Of a stretch of DNA of 64,000 nt, positions 9,482 to 20,156 are shown in pieces. The notes under the pieces are model-generated. The model was not told the DNA's origin and searched no databases. It was given only the letters and a program-made list of their open reading frames with translations. Positions within the stretch are counted from its first letter, which is position 1. The number at the start of each line of letters is the position of its first letter. The DNA comes from an uncultured cyanobacterium (GTDB taxonomy: Bacteria; Cyanobacteriota; Cyanobacteriia; Cyanobacteriales; Cyanobacteriaceae): the NCBI GenBank assembly GCA_963749915.1, contig CAVVOP010000005.1, positions 1 to 64,000 on the forward strand, read 5' to 3'. The translations under genes were made by a program, and so were the position numbers.

Positions 9482-11275
9482 TTAGCGTTTGGCCAATTTT
9501 TTACTTGGTAGTTTGCGCAAACGGATAGATTCCGGTGTTACTTCTACTAACTCATCAGGACCAATATATTCTAATGCCCTTTCTAAACTCATTTCCATCG
9601 GTGCTTGTAATTGTACCAGTTCATCACCAGTGGCGGAACGATGATTCGTTAACTGCTTAGTTTTACAAACGTTAATTTCTACATCCTGAGCACGATTACT
9701 TTCACCTATAATCATACCTCTATAGACTTTTGTACCCGGATGAATGAAGAATACTCCTCTGTCTTCAGCGTTTTTCATGGCGTAGAAAGTGGATACTCCT
9801 TCTTCAAAGGAAATAAGTACACCGTTGTAACGAGTGTCTAAGTCACCAACTAAGGGGCGATACTCATGAAAACTATGATTCATAATTCCCTCACCCTTGG
9901 TTACACGGATGAAATCACCACGAAAACCGATTAAACCCCTTGCGGGTACGATAAACTCCAACTGAGTCCGTCCGTTACCGCTAGATTGCATATCTTGCAT
10001 TTCTGCTTTACGTTGTCCTAAACGTTCAATACAAGCCCCTTGAGCTTCTTCTGGTACGTCTAAAACAAGGTATTCGAACGGTTCGTAAGGTTGTCCATTT
10101 ACTTCACGATAAATTACCTGAGGCTGAGATACTTGAAACTCAAATCCCTCGCGGCGCATATTTTCGATGAGGATGCCCAAGTGTAATTCACCCCGTCCTG
10201 ATACCACAAATTGCTCAGCGGATTCTCCATCTTCTACCCTTAAAGCCACATTAGTTTCTAACTCTCTTGTCAGACGATCGCGAATTTGACGGGAAGTAAC
10301 GAATTTACCTTCTTGTCCAGCAAAAGGAGAGTTATTGACGGAAAATGTCATGCGCAAAGTAGGTTCATCAACTTTGATCAGTGGTAATGCTTGGGGTTCA
10401 GTGGGACAGGTGATCGTCTCACCGATGTTCGCATCGGAAAAACCAGCCACCGCCACAATATAACCAGCACTAGCTTCTTGTAACTCCACCCGTTGTAACC
10501 CTTCAAAGCCAAGTAATTTACTAATACGAGCCTTAACAATACTACCATCTTCTTTGATTAAAGCCGCTTGTTGTCCCGCCTGAATTGTACCGTTATGGAT
10601 TTTGCCGATAATAATGCGTCCTAAATATTCAGAATAGTCAAGGGTTGTGACTTGCAATTGTAAAGGTTTAGTCGGATCTCCGGCTGGGGGTGGAACATGA
10701 CCCAAAATCGCATCAAATAAGGGTTGCATATCCACTGCCTCATCTTCAATATTTTCCTTGGCATAGCCACTAATACCAGAGGCATAAAGAACGGTAAAGT
10801 CACACTGATCATCATCGGCACCCAACTCCACGAACAAGTCAAATACTTTATCCACAGCCTTGTCAGGTTCCGCTTGAGGGCGATCGATTTTATTGACAAC
10901 AACGATAGGACGTAAACCCTTTTCCAGGGCTTTTTTGAGTACAAAACGGGTTTGAGGCATAGGTCCTTCATTGGCATCGACGATTAAAACGCAACCGTCA
11001 ACCATTCCTAAAACTCGTTCAACTTCGCCGCCAAAATCAGCGTGACCGGGAGTATCAACAATATTAATTAATGTATCTTTATAACGGACTGCTGTATTCT
11101 TGGAAAGGATGGTAATTCCTCTTTCTCTTTCAATATCATTGGAATCCATTACGCAGGTGGGTACTTCTTCACCTTCTCTGAAGATACCAGACTGTTTCAA
11201 TAGTGCATCAACTAGGGTTGTTTTGCCGTGATCAACGTGGGCAATAATCGCAAGGTTGCGAATGGGGAGAGACAT
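9482..11275 (-). CDS. typA: Translational GTPase TypA/BipA
   Basis: [28 protein letters not shown]. Confidence 0.97.
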   Translation of the reverse strand: MSLPIRNLAIIAHVDHGKTTLVDALLKQSGIFREGEEVPTCVMDSNDIERERGITILSKNTAVRYKDTLINIVDTPGHADFGGEVERVLGMVDGCVLIVDANEGPMPQTRFVLKKALEKGLRPIVVVNKIDRPQAEPDKAVDKVFDLFVELGADDDQCDFTVLYASGISGYAKENIEDEAVDMQPLFDAILGHVPPPAGDPTKPLQLQVTTLDYSEYLGRIIIGKIHNGTIQAGQQAALIKEDGSIVKARISKLLGFEGLQRVELQEASAGYIVAVAGFSDANIGETITCPTEPQALPLIKVDEPTLRMTFSVNNSPFAGQEGKFVTSRQIRDRLTRELETNVALRVEDGESAEQFVVSGRGELHLGILIENMRREGFEFQVSQPQVIYREVNGQPYEPFEYLVLDVPEEAQGACIERLGQRKAEMQDMQSSGNGRTQLEFIVPARGLIGFRGDFIRVTKGEGIMNHSFHEYRPLVGDLDTRYNGVLISFEEGVSTFYAMKNAEDRGVFFIHPGTKVYRGMIIGESNRAQDVEINVCKTKQLTNHRSATGDELVQLQAPMEMSLERALEYIGPDELVEVTPESIRLRKLPSKKLAKR

Positions 11276-11479
11276 AAATCTGTTAATTTAATGTAATGAT
11301 TATTTATATTTCCCTCAATTCTAGCGGATGATTGTTATTTTTTGTAAAATTTTGTTTTTATTTTTTAATTTTTGAGTTAGTTATCGTCAATCTGTGTTAG
11401 TACTGAGAGAGTTTTGGAAATATAGTTGTCGGAGGAAAAAAAGATGACTTCTTCAACCCCAATCTCCAAACACCTTTAC

Positions 11480-13084
11480 TTATAATTTACGAGAAAATTT
11501 ACTATTAATTTTAGTGAATAACATCTCTAATTCTGGCAACTTTAACTGTATACTAATTAGCATAAAAATTATCAAGGCAACTAAACTAGAAGTTAATAAA
11601 TTTATGCCCTGTAATAGTAATCCGTTTGCACCCCAAAAAGAAGTAAGTAAATTACTTGTTCCCCAACAAGAAAAACCAGAGATAATAGAGGCAATTATTA
11701 AACCTAAGAAGATTAAAAACCATTTCTTCAAAGGTAGACCATTTAAGCGTTTATGTAGGATCCAAGTCATGGCGATCATCGAGAAAATATTAACACCTAT
11801 AGTAGCAAAAACTAAACCTTGAGTTGCAAATTCTTTTACTAATAAATAGTCTAAAATAACGTTAATAAAGATATTAATAATACTAACCTTAAAAGGAGTT
11901 TGTCCATCTCCTAAAGCATAAAAAACTCTCACTAAAACATCTCTACCTAAATAGAAAAACATTCCTACACCATAGGCTAATAAAACTGGTGCAACTATGG
12001 CTGAATCAGCGGATTTAAAAACTCCTCTTTCATAGATAATTTTGACAATGGGATTTGATAAAGCCACAAAAATAGCTGTGAGGGGAAGCATGGTTAAAGC
12101 CGTTAAAATTAATCCTTGTCTAATTCTTAGTTTTAATTCCTCCCAATTTTCCGGGGCGGCTAAACGAGAAAAAACAGGTAAAAATGGCACCAAGATCATA
12201 TTAGAAATAATGCCTAAAGGGGTTAAAACGACGAAATTTGCGTAACGCATCGCCGCCGCTGCATTTTCGATATAAGACGCAAAGTATAAATCTGTATAGA
12301 CATTAATATGTAACATCCCAGAGGAAAGAGTTGCCGGTGCCATTACTTTCATTACATCATTAACCCCTTCTCTACCCCAATCAAAACGCAATTTTAAGGT
12401 ACTAATGCCTAATTTTATTTGTGTTACCTGTTGCGCCAACCATTGCCAAATACCACCAGCAACCGTTGTACCTGCTAACATAATACTGCCCAGTTGGATA
12501 TATTCAGGAGAGCTAATTTTATCACCCAAAAACCAAAATAAACCGCCAACGCCGATGACAATAGTCAAACTAGAAAATAGTGGACTAATACTTGGTAGCC
12601 AATATTGATCTGAAGCGTTTAAACTACCAAAACCGATACCGATTAATCCGGCAAAAACGGCTAAAGGTGCCATGATTTGCAGTTGTAAAATCGCCATGTC
12701 TCGCACACTTAAGGTTAATCCAGGGGCTAATAAATCAATGAATTTATCGGCATAGATGATTAAGATAATCGTAACCAATAGTAAAATTACGCTCACTAAA
12801 GTGGTGATAGTTTCGATTAGGGGTGCGGCCTCTTTTTGATCTCTTTTCGCTAAGACACTGACTAATGAACTATGAAAAGGGCCATTAATACCACCCAAGA
12901 GAATTAATAAAAACCCCGGAATAACATAAGCATAAGCATAAGCATTGACTACAGCCCCAACCCCAAAGGCGGCGGCGACGATTTGTTCACGCACTAGGCC
13001 AAATACTTTGCTGATAAGGGTTGCTACGGCGACAATTCCTGCAATTCCAGCTAAAGATTTTTTACTTTTACTATTTGTATTCAC
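11480..13084 (-). CDS. murJ: Lipid II flippase MurJ (MviN)
   Basis: SKVFGLVRE...AFG; multi-pass membrane protein; RVFYALGD...P. Confidence 0.93.
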   Translation of the reverse strand: MNTNSKSKKSLAGIAGIVAVATLISKVFGLVREQIVAAAFGVGAVVNAYAYAYVIPGFLLILLGGINGPFHSSLVSVLAKRDQKEAAPLIETITTLVSVILLLVTIILIIYADKFIDLLAPGLTLSVRDMAILQLQIMAPLAVFAGLIGIGFGSLNASDQYWLPSISPLFSSLTIVIGVGGLFWFLGDKISSPEYIQLGSIMLAGTTVAGGIWQWLAQQVTQIKLGISTLKLRFDWGREGVNDVMKVMAPATLSSGMLHINVYTDLYFASYIENAAAAMRYANFVVLTPLGIISNMILVPFLPVFSRLAAPENWEELKLRIRQGLILTALTMLPLTAIFVALSNPIVKIIYERGVFKSADSAIVAPVLLAYGVGMFFYLGRDVLVRVFYALGDGQTPFKVSIINIFINVILDYLLVKEFATQGLVFATIGVNIFSMIAMTWILHKRLNGLPLKKWFLIFLGLIIASIISGFSCWGTSNLLTSFWGANGLLLQGINLLTSSLVALIIFMLISIQLKLPELEMLFTKINSKFSRKL

Positions 13085-13315
13085 ACCTTAAGATAAATAA
13101 TTGCTTGATTTATTATCTATCAAAATGGCCCAGAAATAAGTAAAAATAGGACGACTCTGTTAAAATTGAGTTAACTAAACTACTATTGCTCATTGCCCTT
13201 CTTCATCAAAATACCTTTTGAGCAACCCTTACATAAATTTTTTTGTGTGGGTTTTATATTTTTTAACCTCACTTACAACGAATATTTTAAACCCCAACAT
13301 TTTTATCAATAACCA

Positions 13316-14311
13316 ATGCTAATTACCCATAAAATAACCAACTTTTCTGAAAAAATAAATCATGACTTACCAAAAGATAAAATAACGGTTTTACAAATAA
13401 ATTTAGGAAAAAAATGCAACCTTGCTTGTAATCATTGTCATGTGGAAGCCTCCCCTAAAAGAACAGAAGAATTAACTCCAGAAATTTGTCAACAATTGGT
13501 AACAATTATTAATAAATTTTGTCAAATTAAAACCGTTGACCTAACAGGAGGTGCACCAGAAATGCACTATGGTTTTAAGGAATTAGTAGAAACATCCAGA
13601 AATAACCATAAGGAGGTAATAGTTAGATCTAATTTAACCATTTTTTTTCAGTCTGGTTACGAAGATTTACCAGAATATTTTGCTAGAAATCAAGTTAGAG
13701 TTATAGCTTCTTTGCCCTGTTATTTAGAAGATAATGTGGATACACAAAGAGGTCAAGGAGTTTATAATCAATCTATTCTTGCCCTACAAAAACTGAATCA
13801 ACTGGGTTATGGTATCAGTGCTGATTTAATCATTGATTTAGTATATAATCCTCCTTTACCAAAAGGTAATAAATTTAGTTTAACTCCCAATCAAGCAAAC
13901 CTTGAAAAAGACTATAAACAGTATTTAGCTGATCATTTTAATATTAAATTTAATCAATTATTTACTATTACTAATTTACCAGTGGGAAGAACTAATTTTT
14001 ATCTAGAAAAGCATCAAATTAAAGAAAGTTATTTAGAGTTTTTAGAAGCTAATTTTAATCTGGCAACTTTACCTCATTTAATGTGTCGGAACCAATTATC
14101 GATTGATTATTTAGGCAATATTTATGACTGTGATTTTAACCAAATGGCTAGTATTTATTCTGTAAATGATAATCAAAAAAGAGTTACTTTAACTCAAATT
14201 TTAGCAGAGAACAATCTTGATTTAATCTCTCAAATTCAAACCCCAAATCATTGTTATGGTTGCACTGCTGGTGAGGGTTCAAGTTGCGGCGGTTCTTTAA
14301 CAAATATATAA
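13316..14311 (+). CDS. arsS: Arsenosugar biosynthesis radical SAM protein ArsS
   Basis: CNLACNHC radical SAM motif, LTGGAPE, ASLPCY, C-terminal YDCDFNQ and HCYGCTAGEGSSCGG. Confidence 0.85.
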   Translation: MLITHKITNFSEKINHDLPKDKITVLQINLGKKCNLACNHCHVEASPKRTEELTPEICQQLVTIINKFCQIKTVDLTGGAPEMHYGFKELVETSRNNHKEVIVRSNLTIFFQSGYEDLPEYFARNQVRVIASLPCYLEDNVDTQRGQGVYNQSILALQKLNQLGYGISADLIIDLVYNPPLPKGNKFSLTPNQANLEKDYKQYLADHFNIKFNQLFTITNLPVGRTNFYLEKHQIKESYLEFLEANFNLATLPHLMCRNQLSIDYLGNIYDCDFNQMASIYSVNDNQKRVTLTQILAENNLDLISQIQTPNHCYGCTAGEGSSCGGSLTNI

Positions 14312-14381
14312 TGACAATGGACAATTGATAGTAAATTATCATAAAATTATTATTCTGAGTTTATAATCTTGAACTGAATTT

Positions 14382-15087
14382 ATGATGGGTTTAAAAGCAA
14401 TTATATTTGATTTTAATGGTGTAATTATTAATGATGAGGCGATTCATCAACAATTAATTGATGATTTATTATTAGGGGAAAATTTGCGTCCTTCAGGAAA
14501 AGAATATCAACAAATTTGTTTAGGGAAAAGCGATTCTTTTTTGTTTACGGGATATACTTGCACAAAGGGGGCGAATAGTCTCTGATGACTATTTAGATAA
14601 ACTAATCAAAAAAAAAGGGGAGGCCTATCATCAAATTGTCAGTCAAATGTCAAAATTGCCGATTTTCGAAAAGGTGATCGAGTTTATCCTTGATCTTCAA
14701 ACTCGTCACTTGCCCCTAGCAATTGTTACAGGGGCATTGCACGAAGAAACGGAGTATATCCTCAAAAAAATCAATATCAGACAGTATTTTACTGTCATTG
14801 TGGCAGGAGATGACATTAAAACCAGTAAACCCTCACCAGATGGCTACTTATTAGCGGTGGAAAAATTGAATCAGCAAAATCCTGATTTATGCCTTCAACC
14901 CTCAGAATGTTTAGTCATTGAAGATACCCCCGTCGGTATCGAGGCAGCAAAAAATGCCGGAATTTCAGTGGTAGGGGTGGCGAATACCTATCCCTTCCAT
15001 ATGTTGCAAAGACAAGCTAATTGGTGTGTGGATCATCTTATGCAATTAGATTTAGATTGGGTCAATCAAACTTTAGCAAAAGCCTAA
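14382..15087 (+). pseudogene. HAD-family phosphatase split by a +1 frameshift (or a sequencing error)
   Basis: FDFNGV motif I in the first ORF; KPSPDGY and IEDTPVG in the second. Removing one T from the T6 run at 14537-14542 joins them (SFCLRDILAQRGRIVSDDYL). Confidence 0.8.
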
Positions 15088-15113
15088 TTTTTGCTACAAT
15101 ATGTGATTATTCT

Positions 15114-15186
15114 GGGGAATTAGCTCAGTTGGTAGAGTGCTGCGATCGCACCGCAGAGGTGAGGGGTTCGATTCCCCTATTCTCCA
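15114..15186 (+). tRNA. trnA: tRNA-Ala(CGC)
   Basis: GGGGAATTAGCTCAGTTGGTAGAGTGCTGCGATCGCACCGCAGAGGTGAGGGGTTCGATTCCCCTATTCTCCA; anticodon CGC. Confidence 0.95.
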
Positions 15187-15189
15187 TGT

Positions 15190-15214
15190 TGTACAGTGAC
15201 GAATTAAATGACAG
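15190..15214 (+). mobile_element. Probable relic Tn7/CAST-like terminal sequence
   Basis: TGTACAGTGACGAATTAAATGACAG, 20/25 identical to the terminus at 1129-1105, located 3 nt after the tRNA 3' end. Confidence 0.55.
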
Positions 15215-16332
15215 AATCTAAACCATCTTTTATCCGAGAAGATTTACTAAATTTATCAGCTTATATACCAACTCCTATTAGTAAAAATCAGCAACAACTC
15301 ACTAGGCTAGATGCTAACGAAAGTCCTTATAATTTGCCTCAGGAATTAAAAACAAAATTGGCATTATTTTACGATCAAAAAATCGAAACTAATCGTTATC
15401 CTGATGGTGGTCATTTCCGGTTAAAAATTTTAATTACTGGCTATGTTAATGAATCGGTAAATATACCCAATTTTATCAATTATAGTAATATTTCTGTGGG
15501 TAATGGTTCAGATGAATTAATTCGCTCTATTTTAATCGCCACTTGTCTTAATAATCGAGGTTCAATTTTAGTAGCTAATCCCACTTTTTCGATGTATGGA
15601 ATCTTAGCTCAAAGTTTGGGCATTGTCACCCATACTATTAACAGAAATGAGTATAATTTTTCCTGGAATTTAGAAATAGCAAATAAGGTAATTTCTGACT
15701 CTAATAATCCTCCCATTAAAGTAGTTTTTGTGGTGCATCCAAATTCTCCTACTGCTAACTGTTTAACTCCGACAGAAATTCAATGGTTAAAGAATTTACC
15801 CTCAGATATTTTAGTCGTGATTGATGAAGCTTATTATGAGTTTAGTCAACAAACTTTAGTATCAGAATTACCTGACCATCCCAATTGGTTGATTTTACGG
15901 ACCTTTTCTAAGGCTTTTCGTTTAGCCGCCCATCGGGTGGGATATGCGATCGCTCATGGCGATGTCGTCAAAGTATTAGAGAAAATCCGCCTACCGTACA
16001 ATTTACCCACATTTTCTCAATTAGCGGCAGAGTTGGTGCTGGAAAATCGAGACATAATCTTACCTGCCGTGAAGGAAGTGATGACAGAAAAAGAGAGAGT
16101 CTATAAGGCCTTGGTCAAAAATCCTCTCTTTAAAGTATGGCATAGTGACACTAACTTTATTTATTTACGCTCAGCGAATAATCCTAGTAGGGAAAATCAC
16201 AATGGCATTATGACGCAACTCAAACAAGAAAATATTATTATTAGACACACAGGAGGGGGTTTAAGAATCTCCATTGGTACCCTAAGGGAAAATAACCATC
16301 TCTTGGATAAATTAGAAACCTTTGGTAATTAG
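15208..16332 (+). CDS. hisC: Histidinol-phosphate aminotransferase
   Basis: LDANESP, NRYPD, GNGSDELI, PNSPT, DEAY, LRTFSKAF. Confidence 0.92.
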   Translation: MTESKPSFIREDLLNLSAYIPTPISKNQQQLTRLDANESPYNLPQELKTKLALFYDQKIETNRYPDGGHFRLKILITGYVNESVNIPNFINYSNISVGNGSDELIRSILIATCLNNRGSILVANPTFSMYGILAQSLGIVTHTINRNEYNFSWNLEIANKVISDSNNPPIKVVFVVHPNSPTANCLTPTEIQWLKNLPSDILVVIDEAYYEFSQQTLVSELPDHPNWLILRTFSKAFRLAAHRVGYAIAHGDVVKVLEKIRLPYNLPTFSQLAAELVLENRDIILPAVKEVMTEKERVYKALVKNPLFKVWHSDTNFIYLRSANNPSRENHNGIMTQLKQENIIIRHTGGGLRISIGTLRENNHLLDKLETFGN

Positions 16333-16333
16333 A

Positions 16334-17173
16334 TTATTCTGGCTTATTCTGGCATTGGGGGCAAAAATGACTCGATCGCCCTCCTATTTTTGTCTTATCA
16401 ACTAAAGTACCACAAACTCGACAAGGTTGATTTTTTCTGCCATAAACCCATGCCATACCGCCATAATTGCCATTTACCCCCGTTATTTGCAGAAAATTGC
16501 TGAAACTTGTACCGCCGGCGGCGATCGCCTTTTTCAAGACCTCGATAATAGCTAATCGAAGGGCAGAAATTTGGGGAAACGTCAAATCACAAGCAAGAGT
16601 GAGAGGATAAACATTAGACTTAAACAAAGCCTCATCTGCATAGATATTTCCGATCCCCGCAACCAGACTTTGATCGAGTAAAATAGTTTTAATGGGGCGA
16701 CGACTTTTACTTAACTTCCATTGTAGATAAGAGTCGGAAAAATCGGCAGAAAAAGGTTCATAACCCAATTTTTGTAACCCAGTGATAATATTTTCTGGGG
16801 ATTTACTTTCAGGGATAAACCAAACCTTCCCAAAAGTTCTGGTATCCACAAAACGCAACTCTTGATTATCAGGGAAAAAGAAACGAATGCGAGTATGTTT
16901 ATGTAAAGGGACGTCTTGTTGCAGCCATAATAATTGACCTGTCATGCGTAAATGAACTCCAAGCCAACCATGAGACAATTGGGCTAATAAATATTTACCT
17001 CGTCTATGCCATGTGATAATTTTCCGTGACTTAATGCCCTGTGTAAATGTAGAGTCAACATCAGGATAAGCCAAAGTACGAGATAATAACACCTCTGCAC
17101 CCATAAAAGTGAGTTCGGAGGTTGCCTTGTTTAGCCCCCGACACACTGTTTCTACTTCAGGTAATTCAGGCAT
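16334..17173 (-). CDS. mutM: Formamidopyrimidine-DNA glycosylase
   Basis: MPELPEVE, RRGKYL, HLRMTG, GIGNIYADE, C-terminal zinc finger. Confidence 0.97.
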   Translation of the reverse strand: MPELPEVETVCRGLNKATSELTFMGAEVLLSRTLAYPDVDSTFTQGIKSRKIITWHRRGKYLLAQLSHGWLGVHLRMTGQLLWLQQDVPLHKHTRIRFFFPDNQELRFVDTRTFGKVWFIPESKSPENIITGLQKLGYEPFSADFSDSYLQWKLSKSRRPIKTILLDQSLVAGIGNIYADEALFKSNVYPLTLACDLTFPQISALRLAIIEVLKKAIAAGGTSFSNFLQITGVNGNYGGMAWVYGRKNQPCRVCGTLVDKTKIGGRSSHFCPQCQNKPE

Positions 17174-17206
17174 AAATTAAGCCCTATCACATTGAATCAA
17201 ACTAGG

Positions 17207-17437
17207 TTACTTTTTCGCAACGGGGGCGGAAACTAATTCTAGTTCGTTTTCAGCAAAATTGTTAGTGTTAATGCCACCGGGGCTACCACTGAAACCGCTA
17301 TAGTTAACTTTATCAAAACGGACAATTACAGGGTAAATGATACCGCTTTTATCAACACTAGCAACAGTTCCTACATCTTTGTACCAGTAGGATTCTTTAC
17401 GCAAAATTCTCACTTTTGAACCACGTTGAATTGCCAT
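17207..17437 (-). CDS. psaE: Photosystem I subunit IV PsaE
   Basis: [25 protein letters not shown]...[12 protein letters not shown]. Confidence 0.97.
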   Translation of the reverse strand: MAIQRGSKVRILRKESYWYKDVGTVASVDKSGIIYPVIVRFDKVNYSGFSGSPGGINTNNFAENELELVSAPVAKK

Positions 17438-17554
17438 AAATTAATTATTCTTTCCGAAAATGACCATTAAATAACAGATTACTACTTGTTTGTCTCAATG
17501 ACATCAATTTTTACTTTAAGTTTTATTAAGTTTTGAATAACAATTGATAACTTA

Positions 17555-17944
17555 TTAGAGGTTAGAATTTAAGGGATGTTGATGAAACATATATTCTTGA
17601 ACTATTTGATTGTTGATCAGGTGTTGCTGAATAATTTTTTCGATCACTTCAGGGGTGGCATGACGATACCAAGTACCATCGGGATATACCAACAAAATTG
17701 GTCCCTCAACACAAACTCTTAAACAATTGGCCTTAGTGCGAAAAACACAATGAGGATTGTCTGAGGTAGGACAATCGAGGTTTAATTCTTTTAATCTAGT
17801 TTTGAGATATTGCCATGACTCTAAACTATCTTCTTTTGAACAGCATTTGGGTTTAGCTTGATCGCAACATAAAAATACGTGGCGTTGTATAGTTGACAAT
17901 CCTAGTTGTTTGACTGATTCAGCTAAGGGGTTTTTATTGCTCAT
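17555..17944 (-). CDS. Thioredoxin-like (2Fe-2S) ferredoxin
   Basis: RHVFLCC...CC...RTKANCLRVC.EGPILLVYPDGTWY. Confidence 0.85.
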   Translation of the reverse strand: MSNKNPLAESVKQLGLSTIQRHVFLCCDQAKPKCCSKEDSLESWQYLKTRLKELNLDCPTSDNPHCVFRTKANCLRVCVEGPILLVYPDGTWYRHATPEVIEKIIQQHLINNQIVQEYMFHQHPLNSNL

Positions 17945-18204
17945 ACAAAGATAATATAGTGGGTTGTGAGTTTTGTAGAAGTTAATGACATTAGGCCTCT
18001 TTCTGAGTCAGGAAACCATCAAATCTTCTCTTTATCATTGTCGGTAGTTAACTTTCACATGTCAACTATTCATTATCGTGTTAAGATATGCTCAGTAAAA
18101 TTCCATCCGTCTTTTCCTATACTTTTTCTTATTTTCTTTAAATTTTTTATCTCACCAAATTATATTTATTCTTCGAAGCCAATTTTAAATTAATCATTTA
18201 ACCT

Positions 18205-20052
18205 ATGACTACAAAAACTGAAAGTAATAATTGGAAAATTTCATGGCAGTTATTAAGTGTTATTTTAGCCCTTTCTTTTGGTGGTGTGGGATTTCTTGCC
18301 ACCACTGCTTTATTGCGTTTACCAAGTAATCCTAGTTGTAATCGTTTCTCTTTGTTTTTCAGTTCGGCTACCAATCGTATCTACTGCGCTCAATTACAAG
18401 CAGATAAAAATACCGTAGATTCTTTATTAGAAGCCATTGCTTTGTTAGAAGCCTTATCTGCTAATCATCCTCTTCGTAATGAAATTAATCGTTATGTGAC
18501 ACAATGGTCTAATGATATTTTATTGTTGGCGGAAAAAGAATTAAATCAAGGGAATTTGGAGGAAGCCATCGCCATTGCTCGTAAAATACCTCCACAGGTG
18601 GAAAATTACCACTCCATCGAAGAAAAAATCGCCCAATGGACAGAAATTTGGGATAAAGCTGAAGCAATTCAAGAAGAAGTAGAAGAGGAGTTACGAAATT
18701 CTCAATGGAATAAGGCTTTTTTAGTTGCGGTTAAATTGTTGAATATTGATAATGATTATTGGCAAAATACTAAATATCAAGAAACCGTTAAAACCATTAA
18801 TTTAGCTAGGGAAGAAAGCAAACAACTTGATGGAGCTTATGTTACTTTAAAAGCTGGTGGTGTGGATGATTTATTGAAAACCCTAGAAACTGCTTCACTG
18901 ATTGCCCCCTCTAGTTATTCTTACAATGAGGCAATTAAGTTAATTAAAGATGCGGAAGACAAAATTACCGCCATTGTTGAAAAATTTGTCGATGCTCAAA
19001 ATTGGGATAATTTAGCGGAATTAGCTGCGAAAATTCCTGACAATAGCAGTCTCATAAATCAAGTTAGAGATTGGACAACTATGGCTAGTGCTGGTAAAAA
19101 TTCTAATTTGGGTACGGTGTCTGGTATGGAATTAGCCATTGCTGAGGCAGAACAGATTCCCAGTGATAGTGAATTTTATAATAAAAGCAGAGAGTTAGCT
19201 TCTCGATGGATTGCTCAAAAAGAAGACTTGACCTATTTAGCCAATGCGAGAGATTTAGCCAGATCCGGTCAAGTGGTGGATTTAAATGCTGCCATCGCCA
19301 AGGCTGAATTAGTTAGTAACGGAAATCCCCTTTATCCGGAAGCACGGCAAGAAATACGACAGTGGCGAAGAGATATCCAAATCCAAGAAGATAAACCATT
19401 ATTAACCAAAGCCCAGGAATTGGCACGGGGGGGTAACATTCGAGCATGGCAAAATGCCATTAATCAAGCCAGTCAAATTAAGTCAGATCGAGCATTATAT
19501 ACTGAAGCCAGTAATTTAATGCGGGAATGGAGATATAACATTGAAAGGGTCGAGGATCAACCCGTTTTAGATCAAGCGATCGCCCTAGGTGACAATAAGA
19601 ACTACCAAGAAGCTGTTAATACTGCCAGTCGTATTGGCAGAGGAAGGGCATTATATTCGGATGCTCAAAACCAAATACGTCGATGGCGCAGAGAGATTAA
19701 CGCCCAACAAGATTTACAGAGAGCATATCAAATAGCACAAAATGGCGATCCCCAATCTTTATCTAGTGCTATTAGTATAGCCCGCAGAATACCATCATCT
19801 TCCACTGTAGAATCTCAAAGTCGTCAAGCAGTGAATCGTTGGTCAGAACAATTGTTAATTATGGCAAAAAGAGTCGCTGCAGATTATACAACACTCTCAT
19901 CCATTGAACAAGCCATTAGTATCGCCGAAATGATCCCCTCTGGTAGTTCAGCCTATAATCAAGCTGAACAGGAAATTATTGGTTGGAAAAACGTGCTAAA
20001 TCCGTATCCAAATCCAACTATTCCCGTTCAAGAAACTAATTTTGACAATTAA
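18205..20052 (+). CDS. Membrane-anchored helical-repeat protein (family often labelled chromosome segregation ATPase)
   Basis: N-terminal transmembrane segment, then repeated AIAxAxxIP...Y..AQ..I..W units. No ATPase motif seen. Confidence 0.7.
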   Translation: MTTKTESNNWKISWQLLSVILALSFGGVGFLATTALLRLPSNPSCNRFSLFFSSATNRIYCAQLQADKNTVDSLLEAIALLEALSANHPLRNEINRYVTQWSNDILLLAEKELNQGNLEEAIAIARKIPPQVENYHSIEEKIAQWTEIWDKAEAIQEEVEEELRNSQWNKAFLVAVKLLNIDNDYWQNTKYQETVKTINLAREESKQLDGAYVTLKAGGVDDLLKTLETASLIAPSSYSYNEAIKLIKDAEDKITAIVEKFVDAQNWDNLAELAAKIPDNSSLINQVRDWTTMASAGKNSNLGTVSGMELAIAEAEQIPSDSEFYNKSRELASRWIAQKEDLTYLANARDLARSGQVVDLNAAIAKAELVSNGNPLYPEARQEIRQWRRDIQIQEDKPLLTKAQELARGGNIRAWQNAINQASQIKSDRALYTEASNLMREWRYNIERVEDQPVLDQAIALGDNKNYQEAVNTASRIGRGRALYSDAQNQIRRWRREINAQQDLQRAYQIAQNGDPQSLSSAISIARRIPSSSTVESQSRQAVNRWSEQLLIMAKRVAADYTTLSSIEQAISIAEMIPSGSSAYNQAEQEIIGWKNVLNPYPNPTIPVQETNFDN

Positions 20053-20156
20053 TAACTGCCGAGGTCATTGAATTTTAGGAAAAAACAATATACCCACCTT
20101 TTTTGGTGACTAAATTACTACAAAAGAATGATCGCCATGGAGAATCATCCTCACCC

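Noticed and set aside
9331..9528. 65-aa ORF over purine-rich/pyrimidine-rich 9-mer repeats
   Set aside because: Intergenic repeat hairpin overlapping the typA end on the opposite strand; no coding signal.
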